Below, piece after piece: positions 22,765-34,125 of a stretch of 64,000 bases of DNA. How positions within the stretch are numbered: position 1 is the first letter of the stretch; every line of letters begins with the position of its first letter. Both the position numbers and the translations under genes were made by a program. Under the pieces are notes generated by a model, which was not told where the DNA came from, did no database searches, and saw nothing but the letters and a program-made list of their open reading frames with translations. The stretch is taken from contig NC_088799.1 in assembly GCF_011386835.1 (NCBI RefSeq), positions 58,280,001 to 58,344,000 on the forward strand, read 5' to 3'. The stretch comes from Chrysemys picta bellii. Taxonomy: Eukaryota.

Positions 22765-25700
22765 AGGAAAACTGTGAGTGTGGGCAGGAAGAAGGTTACA
22801 GCGTGGAGGGACACTGGAGCACATGTGTCAGCTATCCACCAATCCTTAGTAGACCCCAAATTTGTCAACCCAGAGGCCCAAGTGACAATTCAACCATTCA
22901 TGTCAAAATCTTTAAACTTACCTACGGCTAAGTTGCCTGTCCAGTACAAGGGCTGGTCAGGAATGTGGACTTTTGCAGTCTATGATGATTATCCCATTCC
23001 CATGCTGCTAGGGGAAGATTTGGCCAACCATGTGAAGCTAGCCAAGAGGGTGGGAATGGTCACCTGCAGCCAGGCTAAGCAAGCTTTAACACCTATCCCT
23101 GTTCCTGAGCCTTCCACCAGGGCCTCGCCTGTGTTACCAGAGACCCAGACAGAGGTGGTGGAACCAGATCCCCTGCCAACGACTGCAACAGCCGTAGTGG
23201 ATCCAGTTCCAGAAACCCAGCCAAAGCCAGCCCCAGAACCGGAACTGGCAACGCAACCAGCACCAGAATGATTGCCAGCACTGAGTCCAGCGCTTGCAAA
23301 CCCATCTACAACTTCAACACCAGAAGGCACCACCGAGCCTGCACTGGCAGCAGCAGCAGATAACCCTACACAAGAGGCTCAGCCAGAGCCTGAAATACCA
23401 CATAGTGCACCAGCAGAGAGCAGTTCACCATCAACAGAAACAGCCCCATCACCTGCATCACTTCCAGAGGGACCAAGCCCAGGTCCACAATCCAGTGAGG
23501 AACTGATGTCTCTAGCATCAAGGGAACTGTTCCAGGCCGAACAGGAAGCAATGACAGCCTCCAGGGAGCTTGGATGGTGGAACGGAGCAACCCACCGCCT
23601 CTCAGCTCCTCTAATCAATCCGTTTGTTGTAGAAAGAGGACTTTTATACAAGGAAACTCTTTCTGGTGGGCATCAGGAAGATTGGCATCCTCAGAGACAG
23701 TTGGTAGTTCCAACTAAGTACCAGGTAAAGCTCTTGAGCTTAGCCCATGAGCATCCTAGTGGCCATGCTGGGGTGAACAGGACCAAAGACCGTTTGGGGA
23801 GGTCATTCCACTGGGAGGGAATGGGTAAGGATGTTTCTACTTATGTCTGGTCTTGTGACGTGTGCCAAAGAGTGGGAAAACCCCAAGACCAGGTCAAAGC
23901 CCCTCTTCAGCCACTCCCCATAATTGAGGTCCCATTTCAGCGAGTAGCTGTGGATATTCTGGGTCCTTTCCCAAAGAAGACACCCAGAGGAAAGCAGTAC
24001 ATACTGACTTCCATGGTTGCTTGCTACCCGAGGGCCGGAAGCAATAGCTCTAAGCAACATCAGGGCTAAAAGTGTGTGCCAGGCCCTAACAGACATTTTT
24101 GCCAGGGTAGGTTGTCCCTCTGACATCCTTACCGATTCAGGAACTAATTTCCTGGCCGGGACCATGAAAAGCCTGTGGGAAGCTCATGGGGTGAACCATT
24201 TGGTTGCCACCCCTTACCACCATCAAACAAATGGCCTGGTGGAGAGGTTTAATGGGACTTTGGGGGCCATGATAGGTAAATTCATAAATGAGCACTCCAA
24301 TGATTGGGACATAGTGTTGCAGCAGTTGTTCTTTGCCTACAGGACTGTACCAAATCCCAGTTTAGGGTTTTCATCATTTGAACTTGTATATGGCTGCGAG
24401 GTTAAGGGCCCATTACAATTGGTAAAGCAGAAATGGGAGGGGTTTGTGCCTTCTCCAGGAACTAACATTCTGGACTTTGTAAACAACCTACAAAACACCC
24501 TCCGAACCTCGTTAGCCTTTGCTAGAGAAAACCTAAAAGATGCTCAGGAAGAGCAAAAAGCCTGATATAATAAACATGCCAAAGAGCATTCCTTCAAAGT
24601 AAGGGACCAGGTCATGGTTGTGAAGGCGCTCCAGGCCCATAAGATGGAAGCATCGTGGGAAGGGCCTTCACGGTCCAAGAGCGCCTGGGAGCTGTTAATT
24701 ATCTCATAACATTCCCCACCTCAAATTTAAAGCCTAAAGTGTACCATGTTAATTCTCTAAAGCCCTTTTATTCCAGAGAATTAAAAGTTTGTCAGTTCAC
24801 AGCCCAGGGAGGAGATGACGCTGAGTGGCCTGAAGGTGTCTATTATGAAGGAAAAAGTGACAGTGGTGTGGAAGAGGTGAACCTCTCCATGACCTTTGGA
24901 TGTATGCAGCAACAGCAGATGAAGGAGCTGCGCACTAGCTTCGCGCCGATATTCTCAGCCACCCCAGGACGGACCAAATGGGCATCCCACTCCATTGACA
25001 GCGGTAATGCTCACCCAATTAGAGTCCAACCTTACCGGGTGTCTCCTCATGCTAAAACTGCTATAGAATGGGAAATCAAGGATATGCTACAGATGGATAT
25101 AATCCACCCCTCTGACAGTGCATGGGCATCTTTAGTGGTTCTAGTTCCCAAACCAGATGGGGAGATACGTTTTTGCGTGGTCTACCGTAAACTAAATGCT
25201 GTAACTCGCACAGGTAACTATCCAGTGCCACGCACAGATGAACTATTGGAGAAACTGGGACGTGCCCAGTTCATCTCTACCTTAGACTTAACCAAGGGGT
25301 ACTGGCAGGTACCGCTAGATGAATCCGCCAAGGAAAGTTCAGCCTTCATCACCCATGTCGGGCTCCCTTTTGGGCTGCGAAATGCACCCACCACCTTTCA
25401 AAAACTTGTAGATGGTTGCCTAGAGGGATTGGGAGAATCTGCCGTCACCTACCTTGACAATGTGGCCATCTTTTCTGATTCATGAGGAGAACACCTGGAG
25501 TACCTGGAAAAAGTCTTTGATTGCATAAGGCAGGCAGGACTAACTGTTAAGGCTAAAAAGTGTCAGATAGGCCTAAACAGAGTGACTTACCTTGGACACC
25601 AGGTGGGTCAAGGAACTATAAACCCCCTACAGGCCAAAGTGGATGCTCTCCAAAAGTGGCCTGTCCCAAAGTCAAAGAAACAGGTCCAATCCTTCTTAGG

Positions 25701-26230
25701 CTTGGCCGGATATTACAGGAGATTTGTACCACACTACAGCCAAATCACTGCCCCACTAACAGACCTAACCAAAAAGAAACAGCCAAATGCAGTTCAATGG
25801 ACTGAAGTGTCAGAAGGCCTTTAACCAGTTTAAAGCGACACTCATGTCTGACCCTGTGCTAAGGGCTCCAGACTTTGACAAACCGTTCCTAGTAACCACA
25901 GATGCGTCTGGACGTGGTGTGGGAGCAGTTTTAATGCAGGAAGGACCGGATCAAGAATTCCATCCTGTCGTGTTTCTCAGCAAGAAACTGTCTGAGAGGG
26001 AAAGCCACTGGTCAGTCAGCAAAAGGGAATGCTACGCCATTGTGTACACGCTGGAAAAAACTATGCCCATACATTTGGGGGCAGCGTTTCCAACTACAAA
26101 CCGATCATGCTGCACTAAAGTTGCTTCATACCACCAAGGGAAATAACAAAAAACTTCTTCAGTGGAATTTAGCTCTCCAAGATTTTGATTTTGAGATACA
26201 ACACATTTCGGGAGCTTCTAACAAAGTGGT
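22765..26230 (+). pseudogene. pol: aspartic protease, Pro/Ala-rich linker, integrase, RT and RNase H (stops and frameshifts)
   Basis: PR DTG at 22810. IN H2C2 (AHEH..GH..CDVC), VAVD/LTDSG/GLVERF and GPF motif at ~23740-24780. RT DLTKGYWQ/PFGL/YLDN at ~25270-25460. RH TDAS/ECYAIV/TDH at ~25900-26110. Confidence 0.92.
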
Positions 26231-26406
26231 TTTCCAGAATCAATTGGTTAAAAATTGTTCTTGGAATGTGAGACATATTGTTAGTTTTTATATAATCAAT
26301 AGTATGTCTAAAGGTGCATGTGTCTTATTAACTCTGTTTTCTCCTAGAGCTCCAGGAAGAAATCACAGCCAGCGTGGAACCAACACTATCTGTGATTTGG
26401 GGGGCG

Positions 26407-27191
26407 TGTCATACCTAGAAAGGGAAGGGTAACAACCCTCCTATATACAATACTACAAAATCCTTTTACCTGTAAAGGGTTAAGAAGCAGGTAACCTGGC
26501 TGACACCTGACCCAAAGGACCAATAAGGGGACAAGATACTTTCAAATCTTGGGGGGAGGAGGCTTTTGTTTTTGTGCTCTTTGTTTTGGTGGTGTTTGCT
26601 CTTAGGACTAAGAGGGACTGGACATCAATCCATATTCTCCAAATCTTTCTGCACAAGTCTTTCATATTTCAAACTTGTAAGTAACAGCCAGGCAAGTCAT
26701 ATTAGTTTTATCTTTGTTTTCTCAACTTGTAAATGTTCCTTTTGCTAGAGGGTTTACCTCTGGTTGCTGTAACTTTGAACCTAAGGCTAGAGGGGTTTCC
26801 TTTGGGCTCTTTGAATCTGATTACCCTGTAAAGTTATTTTTCCATCCTGATTTTAAAGAGAGAATTTTTACCTTTTCTTTTAATAAAATTCTTCTATTAA
26901 GAACCTAATTGATTTTTCATTGTTTTAAGATCCAAGGGTTTGGATCTGTGTTCACCAGGACTAATTGGTATGGGGATATACTCAAGCCTACCCAGGAAAG
27001 GGGGGTTAGGGGCTTGGGAGATATTTGGGGAAAGGCAGAGTTCCAAGTGGCTCTCCATAAATATTTGGTTAAAATGCTTGGTGGTGGCAGTGTATTTTTA
27101 ACCTAAGCTGGTAAAAATAAGCTTAGGGGGTCTTTCATGCGGGTCCCCACATCTGTACCCTAAAGTTCATAGTGGGGAGGCAACCTTGACA
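26407..27191 (+). repeat. 3' LTR
   Basis: TGTCATA...TTGACA; near-identical to the 5' LTR. Confidence 0.93.
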
Positions 27192-27890
27192 GCACCATTA
27201 ATAGTTCTCTGAAAACATTTGCTCAATGTGCAGCAGCAGTCAAAAAAGTTATTAGGCAGCATTAGGAAACGGCTAGAAAAAGACAGAAAATGTCTCAATG
27301 CCACTATGTAAATCCATGGTGCATCCACACCCTCTGTACTGTGTCCAGTTCTGGTTGCCCCATCACAAAAAAATATAGGGGGACTGGAAAGGGTTTAGAG
27401 AAGGGCAACAATGATGATCAAAGATGAGGAGGACAAAAATGTTTAGCTTAGAGATGACTAAGGGTGGATATGATAGAGGGCTATGCAAAAAAATAAATAG
27501 ATAAGTGTTATTTACCCTTACACAGAATACAAAGACCAGGGGTCAGCTGACAAAATTAACATGCAGTAGATTGAATACAAATGAGGAAGTACTTTTTCAC
27601 ACAGTGCAGTTAATCTGTGGAACTCATCACCATGGGATGTTGTGATGGCCAAAAGTATAACTTGGTTCACAAAAGAACTGGATAAGTCTATCAATGGGTA
27701 TTAGCCAAAATGGTCAGGGCCAGAACCCCATGCTTGGGACAAAGCTGGGTGTGGAAGACTCTCCATTACTGACCTGTTGTACACCCTCCACCACCCCTCC
27801 CCAAAAGTTCTGGTACCAGCCACTGTCAAGAGACAGGATATTGGGTAAGAGGAACCATAGTCTAACCCCGTAGGGCAGTTATGATGTCGT
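27192..27890 (+). mobile_element. CR1 LINE, 3' continuation including the 3' UTR
   Basis: ...ATAGTTCTCTGAAAACAT...CAATGTGCAGCAGCAGTCAAAAAAG... continues the CR1 frame interrupted at 20573; PsCR1-like tail near 27830-27890. Confidence 0.8.
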
Positions 27891-29219
27891 TAAGGCAAAG
27901 TTGTGGCTGTAAAAAAAAACTTTTAGCCAGTCCTTTGTGCATTACTGCAACTTCTCTTTGAATGGGAAATTAGGTAAATATGAAAAAGAGCTTCAAAGCC
28001 ACTTCACTTCATTACTTTCCTAGCTCTTAATCAAAACAAGATCCTAGGTTACTCCTGTGACAAATTAATTTTTTATTACAGGCTCAGGATATAAAAACAC
28101 CACACAGCTTCCAAAAATTTGCAGGTGCGGGCCTTAATCATGAAATCAGTCAATCTGCCTGACCATGTGAGACAAAACAGACGACAGAATAAATACCCCT
28201 AGTGAGAACTCATTATTCCAGTCATTTATTTTGTATCATGGTATTTAGAATACAAGAGAAATGGATCTGTCACATGTGCTTTGATATAGCTGCCTATTAT
28301 GTCCAGTAACTGCAGTGGTCTATTATTGTTCATAAAAACCTGTATTTCAAAACTAAGTTGTGCTTGATAGTGTAATGATCACCCAGAAGTGCACAAAGTT
28401 GATTAGGCTTTGTATGACAGAACTATGTGTAAAGGGGCATTGTAATCTCACAAATTCATTGCATGTCATATTGCTTAGAGATGTTCAGTCATACAAGATG
28501 ACTGCTGCTCTCAACATCGTAAAAATCCATTTTATACCAACACCTTGGTTTTCCATAAATACTGCTTTAAAAGATTCTCTTCCTTTAGCACTCCCTGAAA
28601 TAAAATGCTTCTGCAACATCTTTAAGATCATACAAATACTATTGTGCAATATGGTCCAACTAGTTATTAATCCAATACCCCATTGCACAACTGAGGAAAC
28701 AGGAACCTCAGTGAAATGACTTATGGTCACAGAGGAACTGTGGCAGAGCTGGGAATAAACCCCAGAGCTGACTCCCATTCTTGCTTTAAGCACTAGAAAA
28801 GCAGATCACGTCTTTGGGAAACTATAGCTCAATGATAGGAATATTTCTGCTACTTGAAGATGGTCTTGCTTAATGCATCAGATTCAATAGATTCTCCTTG
28901 AACTTATTTCCAGTACATCCTATGCCAGAAGGCTGAATAAGTTTTATATTTCACCCTCAAATTCTTATTCTGAGAATGGATTACTGAGTACATTAAGCAT
29001 CAGAAACAAATTAAGTCACAATAGTTTGGGATAGAAAACAGAATCCTTTGAACAGCCCATCTGTTGTATTGCATTTTACATTTGGTGCACAGGACGTTTT
29101 ATTCTATGATGGATTCTTCTCTGGCTTCTTTATCAGTCTGAATAACGCATTATTTTAACAGTTTTATTCCTTGAGGTGGCCTCCACTCCAGCGTGAACCT
29201 CATAGTTTAGCTCTGAAGG

Positions 29220-29225
29220 TTTATT
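29220..29225 (-). terminator. Candidate poly(A) signal AATAAA for CMC4/MTCP1 transcripts
   Basis: TTTATT on the plus strand ~70 nt past the CMC4 stop; another at 29163-29168. Confidence 0.45.
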
Positions 29226-29295
29226 ATTTGCCACTTGCATGCTACTTTGTCTGAGGAGAGGGCCACGCTCCATAACCTCCTGGAGCTGCAGCCTG

Positions 29296-29465
29296 TTACT
29301 GTGGTGCTGCATGAATCCCATTTGAAGCTGCCTTAAGCTTCTCCCTCTCTCTTGCCTCTTTCTCAAACCCCGAACAACAGATGGATCTGCCCTTGGGGTA
29401 TTGGGCGCAGCATCTTCGCATCTCTTGGAGCACAGCCTCACATCTAGCCTCCAGGTAGTTGTTGG
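29296..29465 (-). CDS. CMC4: Cx9C motif-containing protein 4 (p8 MTCP1NB), last coding exon. Protein is 75 aa.
   Basis: ttttacag|CC acceptor; ANNYLEARCEAVLQEMRRCCAQYPKGRSICCSGFEKE...*. Matches human CMC4. Confidence 0.95.
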
Positions 29466-29880
29466 CTGTAAAATAAAAGAATGGAGATGCTAATCCTGCA
29501 CTAGAGAGCAAACTGCATGAAAAAGGGGGGTTCATCTAACCCAGTTAAGTTCTTTCACATTATGGATTGAGCTTGATCCTCTTGTGGCAACTTCTCCATC
29601 CCATCCACACCCCTGCTCTGCAATAGCTATGCTGCTTAGTTCTGGGGAACTAAGGAGATGAGGTGCAAATAACTCACTTTAATGGAGGAAGTACAGCTGA
29701 TGGGTTGCATGACCCACCTCCTAATTGTGTATCTACCACTGCTAGGTGGAGAACTTCACACTTATTAGCAAATCTTCACTGATTGCCTGCCCTGCAACCC
29801 CTGCTCTCTCTAGCTGGGTTTGGACTTCGGTTCCATTGTCCCACGGATTTATTCCCCATCCAATTCTGAGGTCACCTGTA

Positions 29881-30064
29881 CAGACACTCCCCGGGTTACG
29901 CAAACCCGACTTATGGAAATCTGGACTTACAGAAAAAGTTCCATATGTTCCGTAAGCTTTTTTTTTTTTGCGTAACTGCCGGAGATATGTTCCCGACTTA
30001 TGCAAAATTCGACTTATGCAAGGCATTCCAGAACGGAATGCTTGCGTAAGTTGGGGAGCTTCTG
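29881..30064. mobile_element. Tc1/mariner (Tigger-like) MITE
   Basis: TIRs CAGACACTCCCCGGGTTACGCAA / TTGCGTAAGTTGGGGAGCTTCTG, flanked by TA on both sides. Confidence 0.8.
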
Positions 30065-30774
30065 TAAATGATTACAGTTGAATATAAACCTTAGACACAA
30101 GATGAAGAACATAATGCAAATGCAGAGAGAAACATGGTTTGTTTGTTTTTTTCACTGAAGTTTGTCAAAGAGGCCTTTGGGCACCATAAGAGGGGCCAGG
30201 GATGGGTTGCAACCAGCAAAAAGAATCATTCCTTGGGGGCAGGCAGAGAGCTCTGCAGAGCAGCGTGAGGCCCCCTGCCCACTTTCCTGTGTCTCACAGT
30301 GCCATCAATTAGCTCAAAAGAGCCGAGACTAGGAATAAGCAACCTTCTAGTGGAGGTCAACTGACACAGCTCTCTCCTTCCCTTCCCAGTGCCTACAGTA
30401 CCCCAGGTTTTTAGAAGCAGTGATAACTGTGGCACTCATTGAAGCCATAGTGCCCCAGGGTGCTAAGTGTTCTCAAGCTCTGCAGAACATAGATTACTTG
30501 TCCAACGCCACCTTTAATCTTTACTTTCTGAAACGGACACTCGGCTCGGCAGCACAGCTTGTTCAATGCTGTAACGTCCCAAAACACTTTGCAGGGCAGA
30601 CCACCAATTTCAAAGAATGTGAGGATTTTGAGGGAGGTAGCCCCAAGCATGACTAAGCAGCTATTGCCACAGGTGGAACAGTGGTGCTAGCTAATAAAGT
30701 CTCTGTCTGTAGGAAGCTTTCCTGGCCAGAGGGTTTGGTGACCACCCTGGGGTTACCTACCTTCCCCTAGAAAG

Positions 30775-31166
30775 TAGGCTTGAAAGGACTAGATTTTTAT
30801 TGGTAAATGTCACTAAACGTCAGTTTCACCCTACACACACAAACTGACGCATCCATCAAAAATCATCAAAATTTCCAGATCGGCAAAGTAAGAAAAATGC
30901 TGCTTGAAAACTTAGAGTTTGATTTAAGGATATTTACCTTGTATATATTGTCAATTTATCTTTTCGAATTTCAACACTGACTGTCATTAAGTCACTGACC
31001 CTGACCCCCGATTTCCTGTAACTGTGAAAATTTAAATGGATAAAAATAAAAAAATGTTTAAACCCCATAATTTTGCGCAATTTTGAAAATATAGTTACAA
31101 ATTGGAAAAAATGAAAATTATTCATTGAAATTATAAAACAATGAAACTCGAATTCTGCCAAGCCTA
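30775..31166. mobile_element. AT-rich MITE with TAGGCTTG...CAAGCCTA termini (same family as 63535-63905)
   Basis: Inverted termini; internal sequence aligns in reverse with 63535-63905. Confidence 0.6.
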
Positions 31167-32143
31167 GTTAAGAGAGACGGAGATTGCGCTGCCCAAACAG
31201 GCACTGCTATAATCATTCTCCCAAGCTTTTTGAAGACTAAGAAAGAGCAAACAGTGACCCAATGAGAGACTAATAAAGAGCAGCTTGGGGATTCCAGAAA
31301 AGGCATTAAAATCTTTCCAGGGGAAGAGCAACCCTGTCTGGCTTACATCCTGCCAGGGTAACCCCAACTAGACCCCACGACCATGATCTAGCCTGGGAGC
31401 GACACAGGCCTCCTGTCGTCTCCCCTGTACATCTCGCTGTGCGTTAACAGGAGCTATAGAGACCAGAGGAGGGTACCTTGCTCCTGGTGCTTTCCCTGAC
31501 CAGTGAGCATCCCTTTTAGGTTAGCTGGAATGAGTCCTGGCCAATTAGCTCTCATTCACGTCCCAGCCACTGAGAAAGCAAGGAGGCTGATGAATCTAGG
31601 TTTAATGATGAGGACACCTACAGCTCAGCAGCATCTCTCCGTAGACAGCCTCTCATGGTTTCCCCTACAAGTTGCAGACATATATGGCACAGGGGAGGGG
31701 AGACAGACTGAAACCCTGGGCCTTGGCAAGAACAACTCACGGGAGAGAACCCGCACACCCACCTGGTATTTTCCAAGAGGAGTGACCTGTGGCTCATCTT
31801 ACTATGTGTGAGTAACGTGACCATCCCAAATTCAGGTTAATGCAAACTTTACTCCATACTACACCACCACTGCCTCGTCTATATATCTATCTCCAGACAC
31901 ACAAATAAATACTATCCTTTATTATAACAAATTCTTTGTTGTACAGTAGTGGAGTTTAGTTACATCAAATCAAATGCAATGTGGTGATATTAAAATCTGA
32001 TTTTACAACTACATTACATTTGCAACTAAGTCATTTTTTGTCCTTGCCTTATTCCTTTTGCTAGGGAGAAAGGAGGATGGGGTTAAATTTAAAAACAAAA
32101 CAAAACAAACAAGACACCAAAAAGAAAACATTGCACATGGTAC

Positions 32144-32201
32144 CTTGCAAGCATTTCTGTATTTCACAGGCTTGTTTCTGGCAGGGATCCTTCTGGGGCA
32201 T
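32144..32201 (-). CDS. CMC4: CMC4 first coding exon (exon spans 32144-32211)
   Basis: ATG at 32201; MPQKDPCQKQACEIQKCLQ plus G|gtacca donor, phase 1; acceptor ttctag at 32212. Confidence 0.96.
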
Positions 32202-33119
32202 ATCCACAGAACTAGAATGATAGGAAAATGTTACTATACAAACAGTGGGGTTTGGGCAAGGCACTGCCTAAGACTTAGACCCTAGGGAGCTCACATTTTC
32301 CCTGCTCATATACCCTCCTCACAATGGACAATTGGATGGGTCCCCATTCAAAGCCAGTCTCATGCTGCTTTAGGGTCACTGTGAGACACACAAAGAATCC
32401 CTTATCCCCACAAGTTGACCACAGAGCCTTCCCCCCTTTCCTGTCCTCTATTGGCCCAGGGAGCAACAATGCTTTAAACACCCTAGGATATCACTGGGGA
32501 CAGCTAAAGTTAGGCAAGGAATGAAAAGTGGATGATGGGTATCTTGAAGGGTTCATCTTGTAAAACCCTGAAGATCTCTTCCTGGTCAAATCTAGTTCTT
32601 TTTCCATTTGGCAATTAGTGAACTCTCACCCACGCTGAATCTGAAGGATGCTTAAATGAACATGGTTGTTTTAGTTTAACAGTTCAATTCAGGTAGAGCT
32701 TATTATGCTCAAATATATTTTGATGTACCAACACTGCTGGGGGGGAGCGGCGCTGCTAGGGAAACAGCATTTGTCATAGAACTGCCTCTGGAGAGGAATT
32801 TATAAATAAAAGCATATTTCTGTGGTCCTAAAAAAGGATTACTTTTTTTAAGAAAACGTCTTGGCGATCAGTAGATTAAAACCTAGCAAAAAATGCAGCA
32901 GATGAGCCTATCAGACTCAAACCTTTTTAAGATAGGGTTTTTGACACACAATTTGACCTATCGTCATGACACTTTGAGATCAAAAGGAAAGCAGAGGTGG
33001 ATGGGTTTAGTAGTTGGATGGAAGACTCCAAAGAAAATGCAGATGCTGCAGGAAGTGGCGTTGGGGCATCATTCTTCCCTCTGAGCCACCATTAAGCCAA
33101 AGTTCCCACACAGTGCTAG

Positions 33120-33400
33120 GAGATGCTGATGTACTGTCTTGTGGATAGGATATGAAACAGACATTCTGACCATTCATGGTCATTTACAATCCCATGGCAC
33201 CTTTCAAAACAGATGGGGTATTAGCCCCAGTATCCTGGCCAAACTCCAGTCAGGGAAATTACATTCTGCCTACCTAAAACTGCCCCTTGTAGTTTCAATT
33301 GGACATGACACTCTTCTTCACTGCCTGTCCTAAACTCTTGTGTGGTGCTGCTGTGTGCTGTTAAACAGCTGCCACCTCCCACCTCTGAGGTGGGAGAATC
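33120..33400 (+). repeat. AmnSINE1 (Deu-domain) fragment
   Basis: GTATCCTGGCCAAACTCCAG...ATTACATTCTGCCTACCTAAA...CTGTCCTAAACT...GTTAAACAGCTGCC resembles the AmnSINE1 consensus as recalled. Confidence 0.7.
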
Positions 33401-33532
33401 ATATATTGTACAAAACAAACAGGGACATCTTCCTAGAGGCACCGCTCCTGAAAGACAAAAATTCATATTAAAGGACCACTACAAATAGTTAAAGAAGAGT
33501 AAGAAAGAGAGGAAATGGTGACACTTACCAGG

Positions 33533-33580
33533 TTAATCACCGGGCATGAGTCTAAGCAGCAGCTCCTCAACTCCCCCGAT
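33533..33580 (-). CDS. MTCP1: Protein p13 MTCP-1 (TCL1 family), last coding exon
   Basis: tttacag|ATC; IGGVEELLLRLMPGD* (human VRGVQELLLKLLPDD*). A CTG|gtaagt donor follows the stop at 33528. Confidence 0.92.
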   Translation of the reverse strand: MGGVEELLLRLMPGD

Positions 33581-33742
33581 CTGTAAATTACAAGGAAAAG
33601 TTCAGTACACCTAAACCACTGTGGAAAAGAGCTAATATACCTCAATAATAATAATATTTCTTTGCCCTTCTACAGCACCTTTCCTCAGTGATCTCAAATC
33701 ACTTCACAAACATGAATGACTCAGGTTTGCCACCAGCCTTAC

Positions 33743-33913
33743 CATTAGGTGGTGCTGTATCTCCCAAATGCGAGAGTTACTATCCCTGTACTGCTCGCCC
33801 TCGGAAAGCTGCCACATGTGAGGCAGTTGCGATGGGGGAAGTTGGCTGGGTCGCAGTGCCTCACCCAGGGGGACCCGAACTCGTTGAATCCGGGCCCTCA
33901 GGGTACCTGCCTC
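33743..33913 (-). CDS. MTCP1: MTCP1 middle coding exon (171 nt)
   Basis: cccctag|GAG...ATG|gtaagg; EAGTLRARIQRVRVPLGEALRPSQLPPSQLPHMWQLSEGEQYRDSNSRIWEIQHHLM. Colinear with human MTCP1. Confidence 0.93.
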
Positions 33914-34017
33914 CTAGGGGAAAGTACACAAGAGAAGAATAGTCAGTTATTAGCAGTGCAGTAAAGACGTCCACAATGTCAGAACTATGATCACTGAGAA
34001 GCTTGAAAGTCACTTGC

Positions 34018-34125
34018 CTCTTCCACAGCCACGAGCCATGTTTTACGGCGTTCATCACAGTAGACGCCTACCCGTCGCACCCACAGATGGATGGGCGGAG
34101 CACCGGCGTCCCCTCCTTCTGCCAT
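34018..34125 (-). CDS. MTCP1: MTCP1 first coding exon. Total protein is 108 aa; an in-frame upstream ATG at 34137 would add MVEG.
   Basis: Strong Kozak GGGAATGG; MAEGGDAGAPPIHLWVRRVGVYCDERRKTWLVAVEE; donor GAG|GCAAGT (GC-AG). Confidence 0.9.

Larger units (their letters stand above)
20574..27191 (+). mobile_element. Full-length, coding-defective Ty3/Gypsy LTR retrotransposon of Gmr1 type (gag-PR-IN-RT-RH)
   Basis: Two LTRs, 5-bp TSD GCACC (20569-20573 / 27192-27196), PBS and a G-rich PPT at ~26398-26406. Domain motifs occur in the stated order. Confidence 0.95.
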
